A DNA stretch of 32,605 nucleotides from Gemmatimonadota bacterium (GTDB lineage: Bacteria > Gemmatimonadota > Gemmatimonadetes > Gemmatimonadales > GWC2-71-9): assembly GCA_003220955.1 (NCBI GenBank), contig QHTW01000086.1:1-32605 (forward strand). Direction: 5' to 3'. The notes under the pieces were generated by a model that saw only the letters and a program-made list of their open reading frames with translations, did no database searches and was not told where the DNA came from. Shown here piece by piece: positions 17,271 through 25,113 of the stretch; the first letter of the stretch is position 1; every line of letters starts with the position of its first letter. The translations under genes and the position numbers were made by a program.

Positions 17271-18838
17271 ATGACGCACAAATGTTGGAATACTGTCGCG
17301 ATGCTGGCGCTCGCTGCGAGCACCGCCGCGGCGCAGCGATCGACCCCGATCCCCGTCGACACGGCGGCCATGGATGCGCATCTGCGTTTCCTGGAAAGCG
17401 ATCTGCTCGAGGGTCGTGCCCCGGCGACGCGCGGTGGCCGCCTGGCGGCGGAATACATCGCCGCGCAGTTCCAGGCATTGGGACTCGAGCCCGCGGGCGC
17501 GAATGGAACGTACTTCCAGCCGGTCGCGCTCGTGGGCATGACGCCGCAGCCGACGCTCGTGCTCGGTGACAGTCTCGCCTATCGCGATCAGTTCGTTGCC
17601 TGGGCGGAACGCCCCGAGGCCGACATCTCGACGACAAGTGAAGTCGTCTTCGTCGGCTACGGCATTCGCGCGCCCGAGTGGCAATGGGACGACTACAAGG
17701 GCGTCGATCTGCACGGCAAAGTGCTGCTGATGCTCGTGAATGACCCCGGGCTCGTGAACTCCACAGTATTCCTCGGCAAGGTCCTCACGTACTACGGGCG
17801 GTGGACCTACAAGCTCGAGGAGGCCGCCCGGCAGGGCGCCGCCGGCGCGATCATGATCCACACGGCGGAAAGCGCGACGTACCCCTGGGAAGTCGTGCGT
17901 GGCTCGTGGTCGGTCGAGCAGTTCAAGCTGGATCAGCCACGATCGCCCAGCCGGCGAGTGCCCGCGCGGCGCTCGCCAAGGTCGGGCTGAACTTCGATTC
18001 GTTGAGTCAGGCCGCGGCGCATCGTGATTTCCATCCGGTATCGACCGGCCTCAGCGCCACGGTGCGCGTTCACAGCGCGCTGCGCCGCGTGGAGTCGGAG
18101 AATGTCGCGGCGCGGCTCCCTGGTCGGGATCCGCGATTGGCCTCTCAGGCGGTGCTCATAACGGCTCACTGGGACCACAAGGGGATCGGCCCGATCGTGC
18201 ATGGTGATTCGATCTACAACGGCGCCGAGGACAATGCCTCGGGGGTTGCGGCAATCCTCGGCGCCGCCAAGGCGATGACGCAGCTCCCGCGACCCGCGCG
18301 CTCCATCTTGTTCGTCGCCACGACCGCCGAAGAGAGTGGCCTGCTCGGCGGTGAGGCTTACGTACAACACCCGCTCATTCCGCTCGCACAGACGGCGGCT
18401 GTGCTGAATCTGGATGTGACGAACGTGCGCGGCGCCACGCGCGATATCGGGGCGCTCGGGATGGATCGCTCAACGTTGGGCTCCGTGTTCGTGGCCGTCG
18501 CGCGCGCGGAGTCGCTGAAAGTAGAATCCCAACCGGATGTGCGCGGGTCGTTTTTTCGCTCCGATCACTTTCCGTTTGCGCGCTCCGGCGTGCCCGCGCT
18601 CTCGATCAAACCCGGCCTCGATTTCGTCGGACGTCCGAAGGGTTGGGGCGAACAGCAGGAGAACCTGTACAACCAGGAGCGCTATCATCAGCCAAGCGAT
18701 GAGTATCAGCGGGCGTTCCGCTATGATGGCATGGCGCAACAAGTGCGCGTCACGGTGCGAACGGCGCGCGCGATCGCAAACGATCCAGCGATGCCCCGGT
18801 GGTTGACTGCTTCGGAGTTCCAGCGCCCCCAGCCCTGA
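17271..18838 (+). pseudogene. M28-family aminopeptidase with PA domain, reading frame interrupted near 17925-17945
   Basis: Track ORFs 17271..17990 and 17801..18838 lie in different frames. The first has a signal peptide, the peptidase N-terminus and a PA-like domain (DLHGKVLLMLVNDPG). The second has the catalytic core: ITAHWDH, NGAEDNASG, ATTAEESGLLGG and FRSDHFPF. A one-base gap near 17939 would give ...EQFKLDQPTIAQPASARAALAKVGL... Confidence 0.65.
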
Positions 18839-18909
18839 GCCATGCAACAGATTGCACCGTTGCGGGAGGTTCGGAACATCTTGGAGCGTAATGGGTTAAT
18901 CTCCGGCGA

Positions 18910-18938
18910 TTGCCTATTGGCCGAGGGGCGGGTAAGTT
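18910..18938 (+). promoter_or_regulatory. Candidate sigma70-type promoter for the downstream hypothetical gene
   Basis: TTGCCT (18910-18915), a 17-nt spacer, then TAAGTT (18933-18938), in a locally AT-richer 147-nt gap about 47 nt upstream of ATG 18985. Confidence 0.3.
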
Positions 18939-18984
18939 TGCGCCCGTTTTCAACCCAGCAGCATCAGCTGTCCCGACCTCCTAC

Positions 18985-20103
18985 ATGGGAGCGGCGTTGG
19001 AGATTCCCTCCACGCACACGGTGCCTCTCTCGTGGTTGTACGAGGCAGCCAGTCTTCCAATTCAGTATCGCACGCTCACCGAAGTTGTCCCCGAGCCGGC
19101 TCGTGACTTCGAACAAGTAACCGCGCTCCGCGAGCAGATCCTGCATTACAAGGAAGCTCTCGCGATCGCTCGCAAGCAGAAGGACACGGGGCTCTGGGGT
19201 GCGAATCTGCTGGCACCGGCACCATCGAAGGCCATGGGGTGGAAAGAAGTCGGTACCATCACCCAGTACCGCCGTTTGCTCGAGCTGGGCTGGCCAGGTG
19301 ACGCGCGGGTGTTTCGGTTCGCCGATCGGTTCCTGTTCCGGCTGCTGTCGCGTGATGACGATCCCGCGCTGCTCGTCGAGTTCCAGCGAGCCGCCAAGAG
19401 TGATCCCGGCCTCGGCCTCTGGGCGCGGGGGATGGGAGCGCAGGCGGCTGCGGCGGCACTCGGACGCGGCGCGCACCAGGACGATCCGCGGTTGCGCGGC
19501 GCGGCGCATCGCATCGCGAGCGATATCTCCATGTATCTGCGCAGCGAGATCGCGCAGAAGCCGTTCAAGAAGGCGCAAGGCAAGACGGTGCTCGACCCGC
19601 TCGCCTATCCGCCGACCGTCTTCTCGATCGAGATGCTCGCGTTCATGCCGGCGGTCCAGCGTGAGCGGGCCGGCTTTCTCGAGCGGCTGGCGTCCTACTT
19701 TTCGAGTCCGACGCCGCGCCGGTCACTCTTCATTCTGGCCGGCAAGAAGGTCTATCGGCCGCTGTTCGAGCTCCTGGGCGACCCGCTGCATGCCGACGCC
19801 CAGGGTCGGGTGGGCGATGTGGCGTTCGCGGTCTATTGGCTGGAATTGCTCGCCCGCTTGGGGATCGTCCGCCAGGTGACCAGCGCCAATCGGGTATTGG
19901 CTCGGCTGTACAGCGAATGCGACGAGAGCGGCATCTGGAGCCCCGCGGGCCTCCGCGCGATGCCGAAGTCCACGAATCCCGTGATTTCGCATTACTTCCC
20001 CCTCGAAGGCCCAGGCAAAAGTCCGGCACAACGCCAGACGGACGTCACGTTCCGACTGGCGTTAATCGCCCGAATTCTGGGGATTCCGCTGAACATCATC
20101 TAG
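18985..20103 (+). CDS. Hypothetical protein, largely helical; possibly an alpha/alpha-toroid (prenyltransferase/cyclase-like repeat) fold
   Basis: Track ORF 18910..20103. I prefer ATG 18985 (MGAALEIPSTH...). DTGLWG and ESGIWSP resemble the Q-x-x-DGGW type repeat of terpenoid cyclase/prenyltransferase folds. This is a weak inference. Confidence 0.45.
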   Translation: MGAALEIPSTHTVPLSWLYEAASLPIQYRTLTEVVPEPARDFEQVTALREQILHYKEALAIARKQKDTGLWGANLLAPAPSKAMGWKEVGTITQYRRLLELGWPGDARVFRFADRFLFRLLSRDDDPALLVEFQRAAKSDPGLGLWARGMGAQAAAAALGRGAHQDDPRLRGAAHRIASDISMYLRSEIAQKPFKKAQGKTVLDPLAYPPTVFSIEMLAFMPAVQRERAGFLERLASYFSSPTPRRSLFILAGKKVYRPLFELLGDPLHADAQGRVGDVAFAVYWLELLARLGIVRQVTSANRVLARLYSECDESGIWSPAGLRAMPKSTNPVISHYFPLEGPGKSPAQRQTDVTFRLALIARILGIPLNII

Positions 20104-20125
20104 TCGTGGTGTATGGCAGGAATAA

Positions 20126-20145
20126 GTAGTAGTATTTGCTACTAC
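20126..20145. promoter_or_regulatory. 7-bp inverted repeat immediately upstream of the TrmB-like regulator gene (candidate operator or promoter element)
   Basis: GTAGTAG (20126-20132), tatttg, CTACTAC (20139-20145), in an AT-rich 43-nt gap that ends 1 nt before GTG 20147. Confidence 0.3.
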
Positions 20146-20146
20146 A

Positions 20147-20815
20147 GTGGCACTCGATCTGACACCCTTTGGCTTCACGCCCACCGAGTCATTGGTCTAC
20201 GCGACTCTGCTCCGTCTCGGGCCCTCGACAGGGTATGCCGTCGCCCGCGGTGCCCGGTTGGCGCGCGCGAACGCGTACGGCGCCCTGGAGGGGCTGGTCG
20301 CGCGCGGTGCCGCCTCGCGGACGCCGCCACCCAACCGGCCGGCTCGCTATCGACCCACGGACCCGCAGTCTCTGCTTGCGCACCTCGCGACGCTGCAGGG
20401 GGAGGCCTTGGATCGCCTCGGCCGGCAACTCCGCGACTTCTCACGCCCGGGCGAACCGGTGGTCAGGGAAGTCGCCGGCTCTCGCGCCGTGGCCAATCTC
20501 GTGATGCAGTTGGTGGCACGCGCCGAACGAGGTGTAGAAGGGGTCATGACGCTGGAGCTGTGGCGACCGACGCTGCCCGCCTGGCGACGGGCTGCTGAAC
20601 GTGCGCAGCTGAAGGTTCGCATACGCGGCGGGATGCCCGAAGACGCCCCGTCCTGGCTCGAGCCGGCAAGCGATACACTCGATGCCACGCTGCTCGTCAT
20701 CGATGAGGCCCACCTTGTGATCACGTCGGGCGATGGCGATGCGGTCACAGGCTTGTGGACCTCCCATCCACTCATTCTCGTGCTCGCGCGACGCGCCTTG
20801 CAGACACTCTCATGA
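20147..20815 (+). CDS. TrmB-family transcriptional regulator
   Basis: The N-terminus LTPFGFTPTESLVYATLLRLGPSTGYAVARGARLARANAYGALEGLVARGAA is a TrmB-type winged helix. GTG start. Confidence 0.75.
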   Translation: MALDLTPFGFTPTESLVYATLLRLGPSTGYAVARGARLARANAYGALEGLVARGAASRTPPPNRPARYRPTDPQSLLAHLATLQGEALDRLGRQLRDFSRPGEPVVREVAGSRAVANLVMQLVARAERGVEGVMTLELWRPTLPAWRRAAERAQLKVRIRGGMPEDAPSWLEPASDTLDATLLVIDEAHLVITSGDGDAVTGLWTSHPLILVLARRALQTLS

Positions 20816-21786
20816 GTGCCCGGCGATTCGTGTGCTGCGGCATCATCCTGGTGTGTGCCTGCCGCGCAGCCCCGATTCCAGAAGCGCAACGCTATCCTGC
20901 GGGCACCCCGTTCCGCGCCCAGTACCGCACAGTGGATGGAACGCGGCTCCGGCTGATCGACTCCGGAAACGGGACACCGGTCGTGTTCATTCACGGCATC
21001 GGCGCTTCGATGTATGGCTGGCGCTATCAGCTCGCCCCACTCGTGGCCGCGGGGTACCGCGTCGTCGCATTTGATAATCGCGGCTTTGGATTCTCCGATA
21101 AGCCGGCGCACGGATACCACAATGCCGAGTACGCCCACCTGGTTGTGTCGCTGCTCGACTCGCTGGGGATCGCGAGTGCGGTGCTGGTCGGTCACTCGAT
21201 GGGGGGGGCGATTGCCGCCGAAGTCGCCCTGGTGCATCCCGACCGGGTGCGGGGTCTCGTCTTGATCGACGCCGCCGGCTTCGGCGTGAGCTGGCCGGGA
21301 GTGTTGAAGATCGCGCGCTGGCCGTTCGTGGGCGCGATCGCCACCTCGTTTCGAGCCCGCTGGGTCACGGCCCGCATCGTGCGTTCGACCTTCGCCGATC
21401 CGAACAAAGTCACCGAAGCCGATGTCGATCAGTACTACGCACCGGTCCCCGACCCGCGTTTTGGGCGCGCGTTGCGAGGTGTCCTTCGGGAATTCAGCTT
21501 CGACACGCTCGGTGGACGTCTTGCCAGCGTGCAGACACCCACGCTGATTTTGTGGGGTGATGCGGATCGGTTGATTTCGGTCCGGGACGGTAGCCGCTTC
21601 GGGCGCGAGCTGCCGCGCAGTGAGTTCGTTTTGCTCCAGCACGCCGGCCATAACGCACAAGAAGAAGCCGCTGACAAAGTGAATCGTTTGCTGTTGGATT
21701 TTCTCAAGGAAGGTCTGTCCCGCATTCCGGAGAACGTCGCATGGTCCACGCCGCCCTCGCGCTCCTCGCGCTCCAGCAACCGGTAG
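20812..21786 (+). CDS. Alpha/beta hydrolase
   Basis: Track ORF 20755..21786. The likely start ATG 20812 overlaps the TrmB stop (ATGA). Motifs: VVFIHGIGAS (HG), GHSMGG (nucleophile elbow) and QHAGHNAQEE (catalytic His). Confidence 0.8.
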   Translation: MSARRFVCCGIILVCACRAAPIPEAQRYPAGTPFRAQYRTVDGTRLRLIDSGNGTPVVFIHGIGASMYGWRYQLAPLVAAGYRVVAFDNRGFGFSDKPAHGYHNAEYAHLVVSLLDSLGIASAVLVGHSMGGAIAAEVALVHPDRVRGLVLIDAAGFGVSWPGVLKIARWPFVGAIATSFRARWVTARIVRSTFADPNKVTEADVDQYYAPVPDPRFGRALRGVLREFSFDTLGGRLASVQTPTLILWGDADRLISVRDGSRFGRELPRSEFVLLQHAGHNAQEEAADKVNRLLLDFLKEGLSRIPENVAWSTPPSRSSRSSNR

Positions 21787-24488
21787 ACACGGCTTACACC
21801 GCAAAGATTCGTGAGCTGACGACCGAGCCGCGGTTCAATACCGAGCTCACCGACCACCTCCCGGCTGACGCCCGCGTCCCGACGCCCCTGAAAGTGCTCG
21901 GGTATGTGCCCGGGACGGTCGGGCATCTCTCCTACGTCGCCGACATCACGCGCTACTTCCACGCGCTCGACGATGCGTCGCCGCGGGTCAAGGTCTTCGA
22001 CCTCGGCAAGAGCGATGGGGGACGGCCGATGATCGTCGCAGCGATCGCCGATTCGGCCACCATCGCGCAGCTCGATCACTATCGCGACATCACCGCCGCA
22101 CTGGCCGACCCGAGACGGCTGAACGGCGACTCCGCGCAGCGGCTGATCGCGGCCGGGAAACCGATCTACTACGCGAGCGGTTCGATCCACTCGCCGGAGA
22201 CAGGCTCGCCGGAAATGCTGATGGAGCTGGCCTACCGGCTGGCCGTCGAGGAGACGCCCTTCATCCGGCAGATTCGCGACAGCGTCATCACACTCATCAC
22301 GCCAGTGACCGAGGTGGATGGCCGGGACCGCATGGTCGACATCTATCGCTACCGGAAGGCGAACAAGAACGTCGGCCCTGGATTGATCTACTGGGGCAAG
22401 TACACCGCTCATGACAACAACCGCGATGGCATCGTGATGTCGCAGGTGCTGACCCAGACCATGATGAAGGCGTTCTTCGACTGGCACCCCACCGTGCTCC
22501 ACGATCTCCACGAGTCTGTCCCCTTCCTCTATACATCGACCGGGACCGGGCCATACAACCGGGAGCTCGACCCCATCGTCATCAGCGAGTGGAACGAGCT
22601 CGCGTTCCAGGAGATCACGGCGCTGACGAGTCGCGGGCTCCCCGGCGTGTGGACCCATGATTTCTACGACGGCTGGACTCCCAACTACATGTTCTGGGTG
22701 GCAAACGGGCACAACTCGATCGGCCGATTCTACGAGACGTACACCTCGCGCGGTGCCGACTGTCATACCGTGAAGCTTCCCGATCGTCAGACCTCGGTCG
22801 AATGGTTCCGGCCCAACCCGCCGCTCAACGGCGTGCGGTGGTGCATTCGCAACAACATCAATTACCAGCAATCGGCCTTACTCATCGCGCTGAACTACAT
22901 GGCGCGCAATGGACATCGCTATCTGGACCAGTTCTATCGCAAGGGTGTGCGCGCCGTGGAGCGGGGGCATGCGAAAGACGGCCCGAACGCGTTTCTCATT
23001 CCCGCGAGCCAGGCTCGGCCGGTCGAGGCGGCGAATCTCGTGAACCTGCTGCGCTTTCACGGCATCGAGGTGCGACGCGCGGATCAGCCGTTCCAAGCCG
23101 GCGGTGCGGACATCGCGGCGGGTGACTACATCGTGCCGCTCGATCAACCGTATGGGCCGCTCGCGAAGAGCTACTTCAGCAAACAGGACTACGGGGCGAA
23201 CGATCCACCGCCGTACGACGATACCGGGTGGACGCTGCAGTACGTTCGCAATGTCGCGCTGCGTCCGATCAACGACACAACGGTACTTCACGCTGCAGCG
23301 ACCCTCATCACGGCGGATGCGCGAGTCAAAGGTCAGGTGTCGGGTGCCAGCGGGGCCGCGGCATATCTGATCGCTCCGACGACCGAGAGCGGGCTGATCC
23401 AATTCCGATTCGCGTTGCGTGACATCCGCATGTGGGCGAGCGAAGACTCGTTCAGCGTCGACCGCCGCTCATTTGGCAGGGGGACGACAGTTGTCGATGG
23501 AATCGCGCCAGCGCGGATCAAACAAGCCGCGGAGTCTCTTGGACTCAACGTCGTGAGCGTGGCGACTGTCCCAACAGTCGCCAAACACGAGCTCGACCTG
23601 CCGAAGATTGCCCTCGTGCACTCCTGGTTGAACACGCAGAACGAGGGGTGGGTGCGCTACGCGTTCGACGTACTGGGAATCCCCTATCGATATCTCAGTG
23701 TCCAGCAGCTCAAGAACCGTGAATTGCTGAAGCAGTTCAACGTGCTGGTCCTCCCGTACGTGTCGAACAACGCGCAGCAAATCGTCAACGGGCTGCCGCT
23801 GACCGGGCCGCCGATTCCGTGGCGGCGCAGCGCGCTCACGCCGAACCTGGGCGGGGTGGATTCCACTGACGACATCCGACCTGGCATCGGTCTTGACGGC
23901 ATGGCCGCACTCAGTCAGTGGATCGCCGCGGGTGGAGTGGTGATTACGGAGGGTGGCACGTCGGCTGTGTTCACGGACTACGGCGTGACGCGCGGCGTGG
24001 ACATCACGCCGGCCCGCCAACTGCGCGCGTCCGGGGCCATCTACAGGGCGGTGACGAAGGACCCCAGCAGTCCGATCGCGTACGGATACCCCGACACGCT
24101 GGCCGTCTACTTCAACCAATCGCCGCTCTTTCAGGTGGATACCAGCACCGACATTCCGGAGGATCAGGATGCCGACCTCACGGCCGCGCAGGCGCGGATG
24201 CGCCCGCGGGTCGTGTTAGCCTTCCATCAGAAGCGGGATTCCCTGCGGCTGTCGGGACTGCTGGTGAGCGGGGAGGAGCTGGCCGGTCGGCCGGCGGTGC
24301 TCGATGCCCCCGTGGGTCAAGGGCATGTCGTGTTGTTCGCCATCCGGCCGTTCTGGCGCTGGGAGACCCAGGGGAGCTTTGCGCTCGTATTCAACACGAT
24401 TCTGAACTGGAACGACTTGGGCGTGCAGTGGCCTGCCGCTCCCAAGCCAACAGCGCGGCCAGTGGCGGCGCCGAGCGATGGACCATAG
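21741..24488 (+). CDS. Large M14-family zinc carboxypeptidase-like protein (paralog of 10040..12397)
   Basis: 915 aa with GSIHSPETGSPE (HxxE), AHDNNRDG and LHDLHES. Overall length and layout match the first M14 gene. The ATG at 21741 is the only start after the in-frame stop at 21672, and it overlaps the hydrolase 3' end by 46 nt. Confidence 0.75.
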   Translation: MVHAALALLALQQPVDTAYTAKIRELTTEPRFNTELTDHLPADARVPTPLKVLGYVPGTVGHLSYVADITRYFHALDDASPRVKVFDLGKSDGGRPMIVAAIADSATIAQLDHYRDITAALADPRRLNGDSAQRLIAAGKPIYYASGSIHSPETGSPEMLMELAYRLAVEETPFIRQIRDSVITLITPVTEVDGRDRMVDIYRYRKANKNVGPGLIYWGKYTAHDNNRDGIVMSQVLTQTMMKAFFDWHPTVLHDLHESVPFLYTSTGTGPYNRELDPIVISEWNELAFQEITALTSRGLPGVWTHDFYDGWTPNYMFWVANGHNSIGRFYETYTSRGADCHTVKLPDRQTSVEWFRPNPPLNGVRWCIRNNINYQQSALLIALNYMARNGHRYLDQFYRKGVRAVERGHAKDGPNAFLIPASQARPVEAANLVNLLRFHGIEVRRADQPFQAGGADIAAGDYIVPLDQPYGPLAKSYFSKQDYGANDPPPYDDTGWTLQYVRNVALRPINDTTVLHAAATLITADARVKGQVSGASGAAAYLIAPTTESGLIQFRFALRDIRMWASEDSFSVDRRSFGRGTTVVDGIAPARIKQAAESLGLNVVSVATVPTVAKHELDLPKIALVHSWLNTQNEGWVRYAFDVLGIPYRYLSVQQLKNRELLKQFNVLVLPYVSNNAQQIVNGLPLTGPPIPWRRSALTPNLGGVDSTDDIRPGIGLDGMAALSQWIAAGGVVITEGGTSAVFTDYGVTRGVDITPARQLRASGAIYRAVTKDPSSPIAYGYPDTLAVYFNQSPLFQVDTSTDIPEDQDADLTAAQARMRPRVVLAFHQKRDSLRLSGLLVSGEELAGRPAVLDAPVGQGHVVLFAIRPFWRWETQGSFALVFNTILNWNDLGVQWPAAPKPTARPVAAPSDGP

Positions 24489-24516
24489 ATTTCGTCAACC
24501 AAACGGTTGACGAAAT
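24489..24516. promoter_or_regulatory. Perfect 12-bp inverted repeat, candidate TetR operator (alternatively an RNA hairpin after the M14 gene)
   Basis: ATTTCGTCAACC (24489-24500), AAAC, GGTTGACGAAAT (24505-24516). It begins the base after the M14 stop (24486-24488) and ends 6 nt before the TetR GTG at 24523. Confidence 0.5.
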
Positions 24517-24522
24517 TGCCCA

Positions 24523-25113
24523 GTGCCACCTAAGCTAAGCAATGATAGGGCATTACGTATTGTCGCGGCAGCCCGCGAAGAGTTCGCCAAGCGCGGCTTC
24601 GCGGGTGCGCGCGTAGAACAGATCGCGCGCCGGGCAGGCGTCAACAAGCAGCTGATGTTCTACTACTACCACTCGAAGCGCGGCCTCTTTCAAGCCGTGC
24701 TCACCCAATCCGCCGGCGAGCTGGAGAGGGCGCTGGCGGAGCTGGCGCTCCCGCTGGGCGGGCCGTTGGAACGCTTGCGGCTGACCCTGTCCGCGCAATT
24801 CGACTTTCTGGCCCAGGATCCACAGATGGTCGCGCTGATAGGGCAGGGCACACGCTCGGGGGCCGCCTTCGCACCCGCCATCAATCGACTCGTCGTATTG
24901 CTCGCGGAAGGACAAGGGCTGGGCCAGGTGCGAGATGATCTCGATCCGCACCTGGCCGCTGCCCAAGCCCTGATTCTGATGGTCGGCTATCTCACTATGG
25001 AAGCGGTGGTCGCGGCCAGCGCCCGCCCCCTGGGCGCGGATGAACCCTCACTCCGCGAGCGCTGGCGCGAGGCGGCCGTCGACTTAGTGGTGGCCGGAGT
25101 GAGCGCCAGCTAG
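24523..25113 (+). CDS. TetR/AcrR-family transcriptional regulator
   Basis: [45 protein letters not shown] is a canonical TetR N-terminal HTH. 196 aa. Confidence 0.85.
   Translation: MPPKLSNDRALRIVAAAREEFAKRGFAGARVEQIARRAGVNKQLMFYYYHSKRGLFQAVLTQSAGELERALAELALPLGGPLERLRLTLSAQFDFLAQDPQMVALIGQGTRSGAAFAPAINRLVVLLAEGQGLGQVRDDLDPHLAAAQALILMVGYLTMEAVVAASARPLGADEPSLRERWREAAVDLVVAGVSAS

Noticed and set aside
18926-18950. Weak hairpin GGGCG-N10-CGCCC followed by GTTTT downstream of the M28 gene, considered as a possible terminator.
   Set aside because: It has only 5 bp with a 10-nt loop, and it overlaps the better-supported promoter candidate for the next gene. That is not enough evidence to call it.
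18842-19120. 92-aa track ORF in the M28/hypothetical intergenic region (MQQIAPLREVRNILERNG...).
   Set aside because: It runs out of frame into the downstream gene and has an Arg/Pro/Ser-rich tail. It has no RBS and no recognisable motif.
21201-21208. G8 homopolymer inside the GHSMGG nucleophile motif of the alpha/beta hydrolase, plus a second G8 at 29535-29542, considered as slipped-strand phase-variation sites.
   Set aside because: Both are in frame as given, and the tract length is short for phase variation. They are more relevant as places to check for homopolymer sequencing error, given the three frameshifted genes.
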